The notes: a model not told the origin generated them from the letters alone. DNA of 64,000 nt from Vicinamibacterales bacterium (GCA_041394705.1 JAWKHS010000022.1:17299-81298); one strand, 5' to 3'; counted from the first letter of the stretch, positions 36,333 to 45,280 are shown. Translations and numbers: made by a program.

Positions 36333-36465
36333 CGCCAGTCCTGGGAGAATCCGCGGCCACGTCGAAAAACCTGCGCCCGACCGCCGGGACTGACGCGGAT
36401 TCCGCGCCGATCCGGGGTACGGGTCGGGCACCCGGCTTGCGTAGGCAGGAGGGGGGCGCACGCCG

Positions 36466-36933
36466 ATGTCCACGAGCCCTGCGTCGGTCCAGCAGTTCCT
36501 CAGCGGCCGCCGGTTCGCTGTCGCGGGCGTGTCCCGCCAGACGGGACAGGCCGCGAACGCCGTGTTCCGGAAGCTGAAGCAGGCCGGGTACGACGTGGTC
36601 CCGGTCAATCCGCACGCCTCGGAGCTCGAAGGGGTGCCCTGCTACCGCAGCGTCACGGCCATCCCGCATCAACTGGACGGCGTGGTCATCGCGACCGCTC
36701 CGGCGGTGGCCGCGAACGTCGTGCGCCAGTGCGCGGACCACGGCGTGCGCCGCGTGTGGTTCCATCGCTCGTTCGGCAACGGCAGCGTCTCCGAGGACGC
36801 CGTCCGCGCGTGCCAGGAGCACGGGATCACGCCCATCGTCGGCGGCTGCCCGCTGATGTTCTGCGAGCCCGTCGACGTGGGCCACCGCTGCATGCGGTGG
36901 TGGCTCCAGCGGCAGGGGCGGGTGCCGGCGTAG
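36466..36933 (+). CDS. CoA-binding domain protein (YccU-like)
   Basis: The pattern RFAVAGVSRQTGQAANAVFRKLKQAGYDVVPVNPHASELEGVPCYRSVTAIPHQLDGVVIATAP is typical of CoA_binding_2. Confidence 0.85.
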   Translation: MSTSPASVQQFLSGRRFAVAGVSRQTGQAANAVFRKLKQAGYDVVPVNPHASELEGVPCYRSVTAIPHQLDGVVIATAPAVAANVVRQCADHGVRRVWFHRSFGNGSVSEDAVRACQEHGITPIVGGCPLMFCEPVDVGHRCMRWWLQRQGRVPA

Positions 36934-36955
36934 GCGGCGGCCCGGGCGTCGACGG

Positions 36956-37117
36956 TCACTGCGTCGGGCGCCACACCAGCGCGGACAGCTTCACGCGCAC
37001 GACGTCCGAGTCGACCGTGAACGTGGCGTGCTTCGTGTCGTCGCCGCTCGACCACTGATGGAAGGACTCGTCTCGCTCGAGCACGACCGTCACTTCCTTC
37101 TCGCGCCCGATCGGCAT
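36956..37117 (-). pseudogene. Short high-GC3 reading frame, possibly a gene remnant or a small protein
   Basis: It is the C-terminal part of ORF 36956..37603, reading MPIGREKEVTVVLERDESFHQWSSGDDTKHATFTVDSDVVRVKLSALVWRPTQ*. The coding-like GC3 extends about 25 codons upstream without a credible start or RBS. Further upstream the frame becomes Arg-rich and low in GC3. Confidence 0.25.
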
Positions 37118-37505
37118 GGCGATGCAGTAGTCGCCCGTGCCGACGACGAGATTCGGGATCGGCCCCGCAAGTCGTCCGCGCAAGGGGGAGGGGGCGGCAG
37201 CGAGCCTGCGGGGCGTCAGGGTCGGATAACGCCCGGCGTACAGCGCGGCGCGCCCAGGACGATGCCTGGCACCCGCAGGGCCACGATGGCGCCATGACAT
37301 AGGGCGGCGATGCAGCCTGCAGGCGCCGTGAAGGGCGTTCGCGCTTCCGGGGGCGACGTTCCGACCAACTCTCCCCCGCCCCCTTGACATCGTCGCGCCG
37401 TCCATCGCACGCTGAACGCCCTTCGGTCGGCCGCGACGTCGCGCGTCGCTATGGTTGCTTGGCGCGATGGCCCCTGTCACACCCAGCGGCGTACCGATGA
37501 CATGG

Positions 37506-37530
37506 CTGCCGCTTCCTCCCCAGACGGCAG
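37506..37530 (+). promoter_or_regulatory. Hairpin presenting CCUCCCC (anti-SD) in its loop, in the putative leader of the fascin-like gene
   Basis: The stem is CTGCCG (37506-37511) paired with CGGCAG (37525-37530). The loop cttCCTCCCCaga is complementary to the SD GGGGAGG at 37618-37624. Confidence 0.3.
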
Positions 37531-37632
37531 GCCACCGCGACAGGTCCGATGCCGGCGCGCCACCGGCATCATCGCGCGTCAACGGCAGCTGGTCATGTGC
37601 CACGGTCGCGCACAGACGGGGAGGGTCTGACC

Positions 37633-39057
37633 ATGGTCACTCGCTTCGGAACGAGCTTCGCCCGTGCGATGTTCTTGGTGGCGCTCGGCGTGACGGCCAC
37701 TCGCGCCCAGGACATGGCGCCTGGCGCCTACACGCTGAAAGCCGACAACGGCAAGTTCCTGGCGCGGTGTGCCGACTGTGTCCCCAACACGTCTTACGCC
37801 GACAGTGCAGGGGCGCATGAAGGCGATCCATGGCGGCCATGGGCCCGGTGGATGCTGACCAAGCGGCCGAACGGTCGCTGGGTCCTGCAGGCGGATTCTG
37901 GGCGCTACCTGGCCCGATGCAGCAACTGCGGGCCCGGCAACTCGGCCGACAGCGCCTTCGTCCACGAGACGAACCCGGATGCGTCGTGGGCCCAATGGAC
38001 ACTGGAACGGCGCCCGAACGGACGCTGGGCGCTGAGGTCCGACAGCGGCAAGTATCTCGCCCGCTGCGTAGGGTGCTTCACGGGTTCGGTCATCCAGGAC
38101 AACGTGTTCGTGCACGAGACGAACCCCGACGCGCCCTGGGCGCAGTGGGCCGTGGAGCCCGTCGGTACGACGCGCACCTTTGCCACCTCCATGACGCCGG
38201 CGGCGGCGGCCGCGATGATTGAACGGCTCGCGTCCGCCACCCAGCGCTGGGTGGACATTCCCCGCTCGGAACAAGCGCACGCCACGCGGAATCACATCAA
38301 TGGCCTGGCGCGGGTGGGCCCGTACTGGATCGTCAACTACGACGACGTCGGCGGGGACACCGGACGCTTGCTCTATTGGAAACGCGGCTCCGACTATGCC
38401 GTGTACGAGGTGGACGGCGTGGGCAGCTACTTGGCGGGCATGGACGGCGCGGGAAACATCGTCGCCTACACGTCGTCGACGCCCACGTTGCGCTTCCTGC
38501 GCATGCCGCCGGATGGGCCTCCCGTGGCCCTGCCCGACTTCACGTACGGCGACAGCACGAACTTCGCGCGGGTCGGCTTGGCGGTTGACCCCGACACCCG
38601 CACCTACGTGCTGATGACCAGAAACGGCAGCCGCGACATCGACATTCGCGAAGGGTCGCCCGGGAACTGGCGGCTGGTCGGCACCCTGCCCGCCGACTAC
38701 GCGACGTCCTGGAGCGGGGGCGAGGAGGAAAGTCGCCCGCTCGTCTACATGGGGAACGACGTCTATGCGGCGTTCGTCTTGAAGCCCGGCGACGACACCT
38801 ACGAGTTCTCGTATCAGCTCTTCAGCCTTCAGGGCGCCGGCACGGCACGCACGGTGGTGCCGTACGGCTCGACGACGACCGTGACCCTGCCGAACAAGGC
38901 GCCGGCCGGAAGCCAGTTGGATCCGTTCAAGGGCTACGCGAGCTTCCGCTGGGCTGGCACGGTGGTCTTCGACGGCACGATGCTCGAGATCTGTGCCTCG
39001 CCACGCGAGCTCAACAACGCTTACAACGGCGACTATTCGTGTTGGGCCACGCGCTAG
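37633..39057 (+). CDS. Secreted protein with an N-terminal three-fold fascin-like beta-trefoil (CxxC in each subrepeat) and an unassigned ~300-aa C-terminal domain
   Basis: ORF 37549 was trimmed to ATG 37633, with GGGGAGGG at 37618-37625. Signal peptide MVTRFGTSFARAMFLVALGVTATRAQD. There are three ~48-aa repeats of the form GK(F/Y)LARC..C......DSA.VHE.NP...WA.W.L..RPNGRW.L.(A/S)DSG. Confidence 0.8.
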   Translation: MVTRFGTSFARAMFLVALGVTATRAQDMAPGAYTLKADNGKFLARCADCVPNTSYADSAGAHEGDPWRPWARWMLTKRPNGRWVLQADSGRYLARCSNCGPGNSADSAFVHETNPDASWAQWTLERRPNGRWALRSDSGKYLARCVGCFTGSVIQDNVFVHETNPDAPWAQWAVEPVGTTRTFATSMTPAAAAAMIERLASATQRWVDIPRSEQAHATRNHINGLARVGPYWIVNYDDVGGDTGRLLYWKRGSDYAVYEVDGVGSYLAGMDGAGNIVAYTSSTPTLRFLRMPPDGPPVALPDFTYGDSTNFARVGLAVDPDTRTYVLMTRNGSRDIDIREGSPGNWRLVGTLPADYATSWSGGEEESRPLVYMGNDVYAAFVLKPGDDTYEFSYQLFSLQGAGTARTVVPYGSTTTVTLPNKAPAGSQLDPFKGYASFRWAGTVVFDGTMLEICASPRELNNAYNGDYSCWATR

Positions 39058-39080
39058 TTGGTGTGGCCGGAGGTCTTTTC
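39045..39080 (+). terminator. Hairpin plus T-run after the fascin-like gene
   Basis: GGCCAC-N12-GTGGCC spans the TAG stop and is followed after 5 nt by TCTTTTC. The geometry is not canonical. Confidence 0.3.
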
Positions 39081-39133
39081 GCTACGGCCCGTCCCCGACT
39101 CGACGCGTTGCAGCAGCTATTGGAGCGACGGTC

Positions 39134-39556
39134 ATGACCGCACCCCGCACGAGGAACCGGGAAATGCACCCAGCCATCGCGACCTACAACGACGCGCAGG
39201 CCCCTGCGGCGAAGGAGGTCTGTCGCGTGCTCGCCTCGGAGATCGACCGCGGCCTCGCGGATGCCGAGCGCAAGCTCTGGCATCGACACCCCGTCTGGTT
39301 CCTGGACGGCAATCCGATCGTTGGCTACAGCACGCAGAAGGCCGGAGTCCGCCTGATGTTCTGGAGCGGGGCGGACTTCGACGAGCCCAAGCTCAACGTC
39401 GTCGGCCAGCGGTTCAAGGACGCCTCCATCTTCTACGGCCAGGCGTCGGCCATCGAAACCACGCCGCTGCGCCGGTGGCTCAAGAAGGCCAGGACGATCC
39501 AATGGGACTACAAGAACATCGTCCGGAGACGGGGCCAGCTGGTGAGGCTGACGTGA
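39134..39556 (+). CDS. DUF1801 (YdhG-like) domain protein
   Basis: ORF 38993 was trimmed to ATG 39134, with GGAG 8 nt upstream. The WHRHPVWFLDGNPIVGYSTQKAGVRLMFWSG pattern is typical of DUF1801. Confidence 0.7.
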   Translation: MTAPRTRNREMHPAIATYNDAQAPAAKEVCRVLASEIDRGLADAERKLWHRHPVWFLDGNPIVGYSTQKAGVRLMFWSGADFDEPKLNVVGQRFKDASIFYGQASAIETTPLRRWLKKARTIQWDYKNIVRRRGQLVRLT

Positions 39557-39571
39557 CGCGTCCGCGGCGCG

Positions 39572-40234
39572 TCAGTGCGTGCCGGACGCAACAGTCAGGT
39601 TGATGGTGGCCACGGTCTTCTCCCACGCCACGGTCAGCGTCGCGCCTGTTGCCGACACGTTCACGAAGCCGATCGTCAGCTGCTCCACCGACGTGTCGCT
39701 CTGGCGCACGGTCATCGGCGCGCGCAGGACATCGAACTTCGGGTCGTAGTTGTAGGAGCCGTACAGCAGCACCTTGTCGTTCGGGTCGTACTTCGGCTGG
39801 CGGGGCTGCGTGCTGAGCACCAGCGTCCAGGCGCCGGGCTTCAGCTCGGCGAAGGCGTTGTAGACGCCAGGCTGGAGGGTCTTGCCGCCGATCATCAGCG
39901 GGACCTGCGTGGTGAGGGTGGTCGTGTCGTTCGCGCCCATGCGCCACACGGGCTCGCCGTCGCTCACGGTCTTGCCGTAGTCGGCGGCCGTGCCGAGGAT
40001 GTCGGTGCGGCCGCGGAGGAGGGGCCGGCCGTAGTCGACCACCACCCACTTGCCGTCCACGTAGCGCTGGCCGGTGTTGTTCTTCTCCCAGCGGCCACCG
40101 AGCTGGATGGCGGCCGAGCCGCGCGGCGACGGCGGCAGCTTCACTTCGGGCACCGCCTGCGCGGCGACGACGATCGCGGTGGCGATGACGAGCGCGGGGA
40201 CGGCGGCGACACGAACGGCAGGCGGGACGCGCAT
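39572..40234 (-). CDS. Exported DUF2911 protein
   Basis: ORF was trimmed to ATG 40234, with GGAGGA upstream. A signal peptide is present. The family motif is VWRMGANDTTTLTTQVPLMIGGKTLQPGVYNAFAELKPGAWTLVLS. Confidence 0.8.
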   Translation of the reverse strand: MRVPPAVRVAAVPALVIATAIVVAAQAVPEVKLPPSPRGSAAIQLGGRWEKNNTGQRYVDGKWVVVDYGRPLLRGRTDILGTAADYGKTVSDGEPVWRMGANDTTTLTTQVPLMIGGKTLQPGVYNAFAELKPGAWTLVLSTQPRQPKYDPNDKVLLYGSYNYDPKFDVLRAPMTVRQSDTSVEQLTIGFVNVSATGATLTVAWEKTVATINLTVASGTH

Positions 40235-40366
40235 GGGACTTCCTCCAGCCCGCGATTCTACCGTCGAATCACGCAACTCGGGACGGCGCGCCCGCGGCCG
40301 AGCTTGCTGAACCCGGCCGGCGGCGTGCGCCCCGCAGCCGCGAGCCAGGGTCAGCCGGTGGCGCGC

Positions 40367-42028
40367 TCACTTCGGGGGATCGGCCACCGGCGACAGCCGC
40401 AGGTCCTGGAAGTCGAAGCTGAAGTCGGTCAGCGTGGACACGGGCTCCATCCGCACGTCTCGAATCCGGCCGTCCGGATCGAGCGCGAAGGTGACGAACG
40501 CGTCCGCGTTCAGCCCGCGTTCCCGCCAGCGGACGATGAAGGTGTCGTGCTGCCAGTGCTCGAGGTCGCCGAGCAGCTCCGCGGTCTTGCTGAACTGCAT
40601 CTCGAGATGCCCGGCGCCCTGCCTGATGATCACGTCGCCGTACCACGGGTCGCGGTACGTGCCGACGTAGCTGGCGAGCGGCAGCGACGGCGTGCTGTTC
40701 GCGTCGCGCGCGGCGAGGTGCTTCTTCAGGTCAGCGTCGGCATCGCCCTGCGCTTTGGCATAGGAGGCGGCGTAGGCCTTCAGCCAGTCGTGCCCGGTCA
40801 TGCCGAGCATCATGTCCAGCGCCTCGTAGGTGATGGCGTTGAAGGCGTGGCCGATCTCGGCGCTCGTGAGCACCACCACGCCCGTCTTCTCGTCCGGCAG
40901 CAGCGTCAGCCGCGACACCTGTCCGGGCCAGCCGCCCGTGTGCCACACCATGCGGTGGCCGGCGTAGTCGGACAGGTTCCAGCCCTGCCCGTAGCCCATG
41001 AAGTTCGGCATCATCGGCGCCAGCTCGGGGACCGAGGGCCGGCCGACCGGGATCGGCGTGAGCATCGTCCACATCTCGCGCTGGCGCGCGTCCGAGAACA
41101 ACCGCTTCGCCGAGTCGCCGCTGCCGGAGAGCACGCCGCCGGCCAGTTGCAGGTTCATCCACCGGCTGAGGTCGTGCACGCTGGAATACAGGCCGCCGGC
41201 GCCGGACACGTTGCGCCAGCTGGTGACGCCGACCGGCCGGAGGTCCTTGAAGTCGAACCGGGCATGGCCGGTGGCGGCGTTGTCGCCGGCCGTCAGGTCG
41301 TCGCTGTTGTAGCGCGTCTCGGTCATGCCCAGCGGCTCGAAGATGCGCGTCTGCAGGAACTGCTTGTACGGCAGGCCCGAGGCCTGCTCGATCACCAGCT
41401 GCGCGGCGCCGAACAGGATGTTGTCGTAGGCGTACTGCTCGCGAAATCCGCCGGTGAGCGGCACGTCCTTCAACCGCTCGATGACCTCGCGCGACGAGTA
41501 GGTGGTGGTCGGCCAGTAGAGCAGGTCGCCCGCCCCCAGGCTCAGGCCGCTCCGGTGCGCCAAGAGATCGCGGATGCGCATCTCGCGCGTCACATAGGGG
41601 TCGCTCATGCGGAACCAGGGCAGGTGGTCGATGACGCGGTCCGTGGTCTTCAGCTTGCCGTCGTCCTGCAGCATGTTCAGCGAGGCCGCGGTGAACGCCT
41701 TGGTGTTGGAGGCGATGGCGAACATGGTGTGGGCATCCACCCTGGCCGGCTTGCCCAGTTCGCGTACCCCGTAGCCGCGCTCCATCACCACCCGGCCGTC
41801 GTGGACGACGGCCACGGCCACACCCGGCACGTCGAACTGCTTCTGCACGGCCTCCACGAACGCGTCGAACGACGCCAGCCGCGCCGCATCGGGCATGCGC
41901 GGGGTTGTGGCGGCTGCGACGGCGCCGCCCCGGAGCTGCAGCGCCTGCCCGGTCTGTGCCACGCCGGTGGCCGCCGGCGCCAGGCCGATGGCCAGGGCGA
42001 GGACGAGGGATTGTCGGATCGATGACAT
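40367..42028 (-). CDS. Exported serine hydrolase (class-C beta-lactamase/PBP-like) with a DUF3471-like C-terminal domain
   Basis: ORF was trimmed to ATG 42028, with GGAG upstream. A signal peptide is present. SxxK motif FAIASNTKAF. The C-terminal lipocalin-like segment is YVGTYRDPWYGDVIIRQGAGHLEMQF...HWQHDTFIVRW. Confidence 0.9.
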   Translation of the reverse strand: MSSIRQSLVLALAIGLAPAATGVAQTGQALQLRGGAVAAATTPRMPDAARLASFDAFVEAVQKQFDVPGVAVAVVHDGRVVMERGYGVRELGKPARVDAHTMFAIASNTKAFTAASLNMLQDDGKLKTTDRVIDHLPWFRMSDPYVTREMRIRDLLAHRSGLSLGAGDLLYWPTTTYSSREVIERLKDVPLTGGFREQYAYDNILFGAAQLVIEQASGLPYKQFLQTRIFEPLGMTETRYNSDDLTAGDNAATGHARFDFKDLRPVGVTSWRNVSGAGGLYSSVHDLSRWMNLQLAGGVLSGSGDSAKRLFSDARQREMWTMLTPIPVGRPSVPELAPMMPNFMGYGQGWNLSDYAGHRMVWHTGGWPGQVSRLTLLPDEKTGVVVLTSAEIGHAFNAITYEALDMMLGMTGHDWLKAYAASYAKAQGDADADLKKHLAARDANSTPSLPLASYVGTYRDPWYGDVIIRQGAGHLEMQFSKTAELLGDLEHWQHDTFIVRWRERGLNADAFVTFALDPDGRIRDVRMEPVSTLTDFSFDFQDLRLSPVADPPK

Positions 42029-42076
42029 GCACGGTCTCCGGTTGAACGCTGACGCGGCCACGGTCGCCGCTCGCGG

Positions 42077-45000
42077 CTAACGCCGCACCACCACCGCCGG
42101 GATGTTCCGGGCGCGGACGAGCGTGTTGAACTCCTCCACGCCGTCGCCCAGCGCCGCGGCGAGCGCCTTCTGCTGCGCCTGCCACCGTTCGCTGAGGTCG
42201 GCCAGCCGCGCCTGCTGGCCGTCGGTGATGCCGGCCTGGCTGTCGTCGATGGCGCCACGGAGGTACAGGTAGAACTCGTTCAGCCGCATCGTGTAGTTGA
42301 TGACGGTCTGCCCGTCCACCACCTTCTTCTGCACGAGCGTGTCCTCGAGCGCGTTCAGCCGGTCCACGAGCGCCGTCCCGGCCTTCTCGATGGCCGCGCC
42401 GCCGTCCATCGTCTTCGCGCGTGACACCAGATCCTCCACCTGCGCCCGGGCGTTCCTGAGCCGGATCACCCCGCGGTGGATCTCGTTCACCTCGGTGTCC
42501 ACGCGCGCGCCCAGGGTGTCCTGCGCGACCAGGTCCGAGGTGGGTGTGGTGACGCGCGGGTCCAGGCGCACCGTGAGCGGCGCCGTCAGCGTCTTCCCGC
42601 CAGCGCGCAGCCGGACCTGGTAGGCGCCTGGCAAGGCCTGCCGGCCACCCGTGAACCCGAACGTGTAGAGCCCGGGAACGGGTACCACCGGCGCCCGGCG
42701 GACGTTCCACACCACGCGGTTCAGCCCGGCCTTCACGGTGAGCGTGGCCGGCGGCGGGTCGAGCGATGGCGGCGCCGACGCGTCGGGCTTCTTCGTGCTG
42801 AACGTGCGCACCACCTGCCCGCCGTCGTCGAGGACGTCCATCGTCACGTCGCCCTCGGGCACCTTGGCGAGCCAGAAGTCCACGATGGCCCCGTTCGGCG
42901 GATTGGCGCCGGCCGTGGCGCTCCCGCCGCCGAAACCGCCGGCGAAGACGCCCGTGCGATAGGCCTCGCGGGGCGTGAACAGGCGGACGTCGGTGGCGGC
43001 CGTCTCGTCCGACCACTGCCGGAAGGGCGCCAGGTCGTCCAGGATCCAGAACGCCCGGCCCGCGGTGGCGGCCAGGAGGTCGCCCTCGTGCACCTTGAGG
43101 TCCGTGATCGGCGTGACGGGCAGGTTCATCTGGAACCGCGTCCATTGCCGGCCGCCGTTGAACGAGACGTAGAAGCCGGTCTCGGTGCCCAGATACAGCA
43201 GGTCGCGCCGCACCGGGTCCTCGCGGACCACGCGCGCCCACGCCTCCGGCTCGATCCCGTTCACGATCGACGTCCACGACTTCCCGAAGTCCGTCGTCTT
43301 CACGACGATGGGCGTGAAGTCGTTGAACTTGTACTTCGTGAACGTGACATACGCGGTGCCGGCCGCATGCGGCGACACCTCGATGGCGTTCACGAGCGAC
43401 TCGCCGATGTCGGGCGGAGTCACGTTCGTCCAGGTCTTGCCGTCGTCGCGCGTGAGCTGCACGAGCCCGTCGTCGGTGCCGACCCACAGCGTACCCTTCG
43501 CGTGCGGCGACTCCGCGATGTAGTGGATGACGCCGTAGGTCTCGCCGCCCGCGCCCTCGTTGGTGATGGGCGCGCCGCCCGGCCCCTGCTTGCTCTTGTC
43601 GTTCCTGGTCAGGTCCGGGCTGGCCTCGGTCCACGTCTTGCCGCGATTCGCCGACCGCAGGAGCACGTTGCCGCCGTGGTAGATGACGTTCGGGTCGAAC
43701 CGCGAGACCACGATCGGCGCGCTCCAGTTGAAGCGGTATTTCATGTCGCGGGGGGCGATGGCGGCCGGCATCCCGGGCCACGCCATGACGTCCCGGGCCG
43801 TCTTCGTCACGTCGTCGAACTCGCTGATGATGCCCATGTAGCAGCCGGCGTACACGTAGCGCGGCGTGTCCGGATCGAAGGCGGGCACGGCGCTTTCGCA
43901 GCCGCCCACGTCGTACCAGTCGCGCTCGGTGATGCCGCCGGGCGAGGCGCTGGCGATCTTCACCGACGTGTTGTCCTGCTGCCCGCCGTACAGGTTGTAG
44001 GGAAAGAGGTTGTCGGCGTTGACCCGGTAGAACTGGGCCGTGGGCTGGTTGGCCTGCGTGGACCAGGTGCGGCCGCCGTTGAACGACACGTTGGCGCCGC
44101 CGTCGTTGGACTCGATGAGCGTGTCCGGGTCATCCGGGTTGATCCACAGGCTGTGGTTGTCGCCGTGCGGTGTCCGGACCGTCGTGAAGGTCTTGCCGCC
44201 GTCGATCGACCGGCTCACCGGCGCGTTCAGCACCCAGACCACGTCCGGATTCTTCGGGTCCGCCACGATCTTCATGTAGTACCAGGCGCGCGCGTGCAGC
44301 GACCACGAGTCGCTCATCAGCGTCCAGTGCTTGCCGGCGTCGTCGGAGCGGTAGACGCCGCCCTTGGGGTCCGCCTCCACCACGGCGTACAGCCGGTCGG
44401 GATTGGCCGACACGTCGATGCCGATCTTCCCCACCGGCGTCGGCAGGCCCTCCATCACCTTCTGCCAGGTGGCGCCGCCGTCGGTCGTCTTGTGGATGCC
44501 GCTCCCGGGGCCACCGCTCCGCACCTCCCACGGCTGCCGCAGGTGGTCCCACATCGCGGCGTACAGGATGCGGGGGTTCGTCGGGTCCATCGCCAGGTCC
44601 GACGGCCCCGTCGTCTCGTTCACGAAGAGCTGCTGCGTCCAGGTCGTCCCGCCGTCGATGGACTTGTAGATGCCGCGGTCCTTCGTGGGGCCGTAGGGCG
44701 CGCCCTGGGCCGCGACCCAGAGCGTGTCGGGGTCCGTGGGGTGGACGCGGATCCGCGAGATCTGCCGTGTCCTGTCGAGCCCCATGTGGGTCCAGGTGCG
44801 GCCCGCGTCGGTGGACTTGTAGACGCCGTCGCCGTGGGAGGTCATCACGCCGCGGACGGGATGCTCGCCCATGCCCACGTAGATCACGTTCGGATCCGAG
44901 GGCGCCACGGCGATGGCGCCCACCGACGACGTCTTCAGCTGGCCGTCGGTGATGTTGCTCCAGGTGACGCCGCCGTCGGTCGTCTTCCACACGCCGCCGC

Positions 45001-45280
45001 CGACGCTGCCGAAGTAGAACGTCCGGGGCTGCTGCGGCACGCCGGCCACCGCCACCGCGCGGCCGCCGCGGAACGGCCCGATGTTGCGCCAGGCCATGGC
45101 CGAGAACGACGCGCTGTCGAACGCCGGTGCCTTGGCGGTCGCCTCCGCCTGGGCCGCTGGGGCCGTGGCCGGCGCCTGTCGCGCGGCAAGCCCTGCCCCG
45201 GTGGTGGCGAGAAGGGCGAATCCGAACAGCAGGCGAACGAGACGGAATCGACGGACGGGAGCGGACATCATGCGTCTCAT
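42077..45280 (-). CDS. Secreted sortilin/VPS10-like BNR (Asp-box) repeat protein
   Basis: Many Asp-boxes are present (YKSTDAGRTWTH, YKSIDGGTTWTQ, HKTTDGGATWQK, YRSDDAGKHWTL, SRSIDGGKTFTT). The start lies among ATGs 45280/45271/45268, and the upstream Arg-rich extension to 45319 is unlikely. Confidence 0.9.
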   Translation of the reverse strand: MRRMMSAPVRRFRLVRLLFGFALLATTGAGLAARQAPATAPAAQAEATAKAPAFDSASFSAMAWRNIGPFRGGRAVAVAGVPQQPRTFYFGSVGGGVWKTTDGGVTWSNITDGQLKTSSVGAIAVAPSDPNVIYVGMGEHPVRGVMTSHGDGVYKSTDAGRTWTHMGLDRTRQISRIRVHPTDPDTLWVAAQGAPYGPTKDRGIYKSIDGGTTWTQQLFVNETTGPSDLAMDPTNPRILYAAMWDHLRQPWEVRSGGPGSGIHKTTDGGATWQKVMEGLPTPVGKIGIDVSANPDRLYAVVEADPKGGVYRSDDAGKHWTLMSDSWSLHARAWYYMKIVADPKNPDVVWVLNAPVSRSIDGGKTFTTVRTPHGDNHSLWINPDDPDTLIESNDGGANVSFNGGRTWSTQANQPTAQFYRVNADNLFPYNLYGGQQDNTSVKIASASPGGITERDWYDVGGCESAVPAFDPDTPRYVYAGCYMGIISEFDDVTKTARDVMAWPGMPAAIAPRDMKYRFNWSAPIVVSRFDPNVIYHGGNVLLRSANRGKTWTEASPDLTRNDKSKQGPGGAPITNEGAGGETYGVIHYIAESPHAKGTLWVGTDDGLVQLTRDDGKTWTNVTPPDIGESLVNAIEVSPHAAGTAYVTFTKYKFNDFTPIVVKTTDFGKSWTSIVNGIEPEAWARVVREDPVRRDLLYLGTETGFYVSFNGGRQWTRFQMNLPVTPITDLKVHEGDLLAATAGRAFWILDDLAPFRQWSDETAATDVRLFTPREAYRTGVFAGGFGGGSATAGANPPNGAIVDFWLAKVPEGDVTMDVLDDGGQVVRTFSTKKPDASAPPSLDPPPATLTVKAGLNRVVWNVRRAPVVPVPGLYTFGFTGGRQALPGAYQVRLRAGGKTLTAPLTVRLDPRVTTPTSDLVAQDTLGARVDTEVNEIHRGVIRLRNARAQVEDLVSRAKTMDGGAAIEKAGTALVDRLNALEDTLVQKKVVDGQTVINYTMRLNEFYLYLRGAIDDSQAGITDGQQARLADLSERWQAQQKALAAALGDGVEEFNTLVRARNIPAVVVRR

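Noticed and set aside
37181-37197. The G-rich tract GGGGGAGGGGGCGG as a G-quadruplex.
   Set aside because: Only two long G-runs are present, and four are needed for an intramolecular quadruplex. Complementarity to the C-tract at 37371-37386 is the simpler explanation.
37384-37389. A perfect TTGACA hexamer as the promoter of the fascin-like gene.
   Set aside because: No TANNNT-like -10 element lies 16-19 nt downstream. A TATGGT at 37450-37455 lacks a -35 partner. The promoter therefore remains unassigned.
36956-37603. The full 215-aa minus-strand ORF as a real gene.
   Set aside because: Only the last ~80 codons have coding-like GC3 and composition. The rest is Arg/Pro/Gly-rich with many A/T-ending codons. 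I kept only the 3' part, as a low-confidence remnant.
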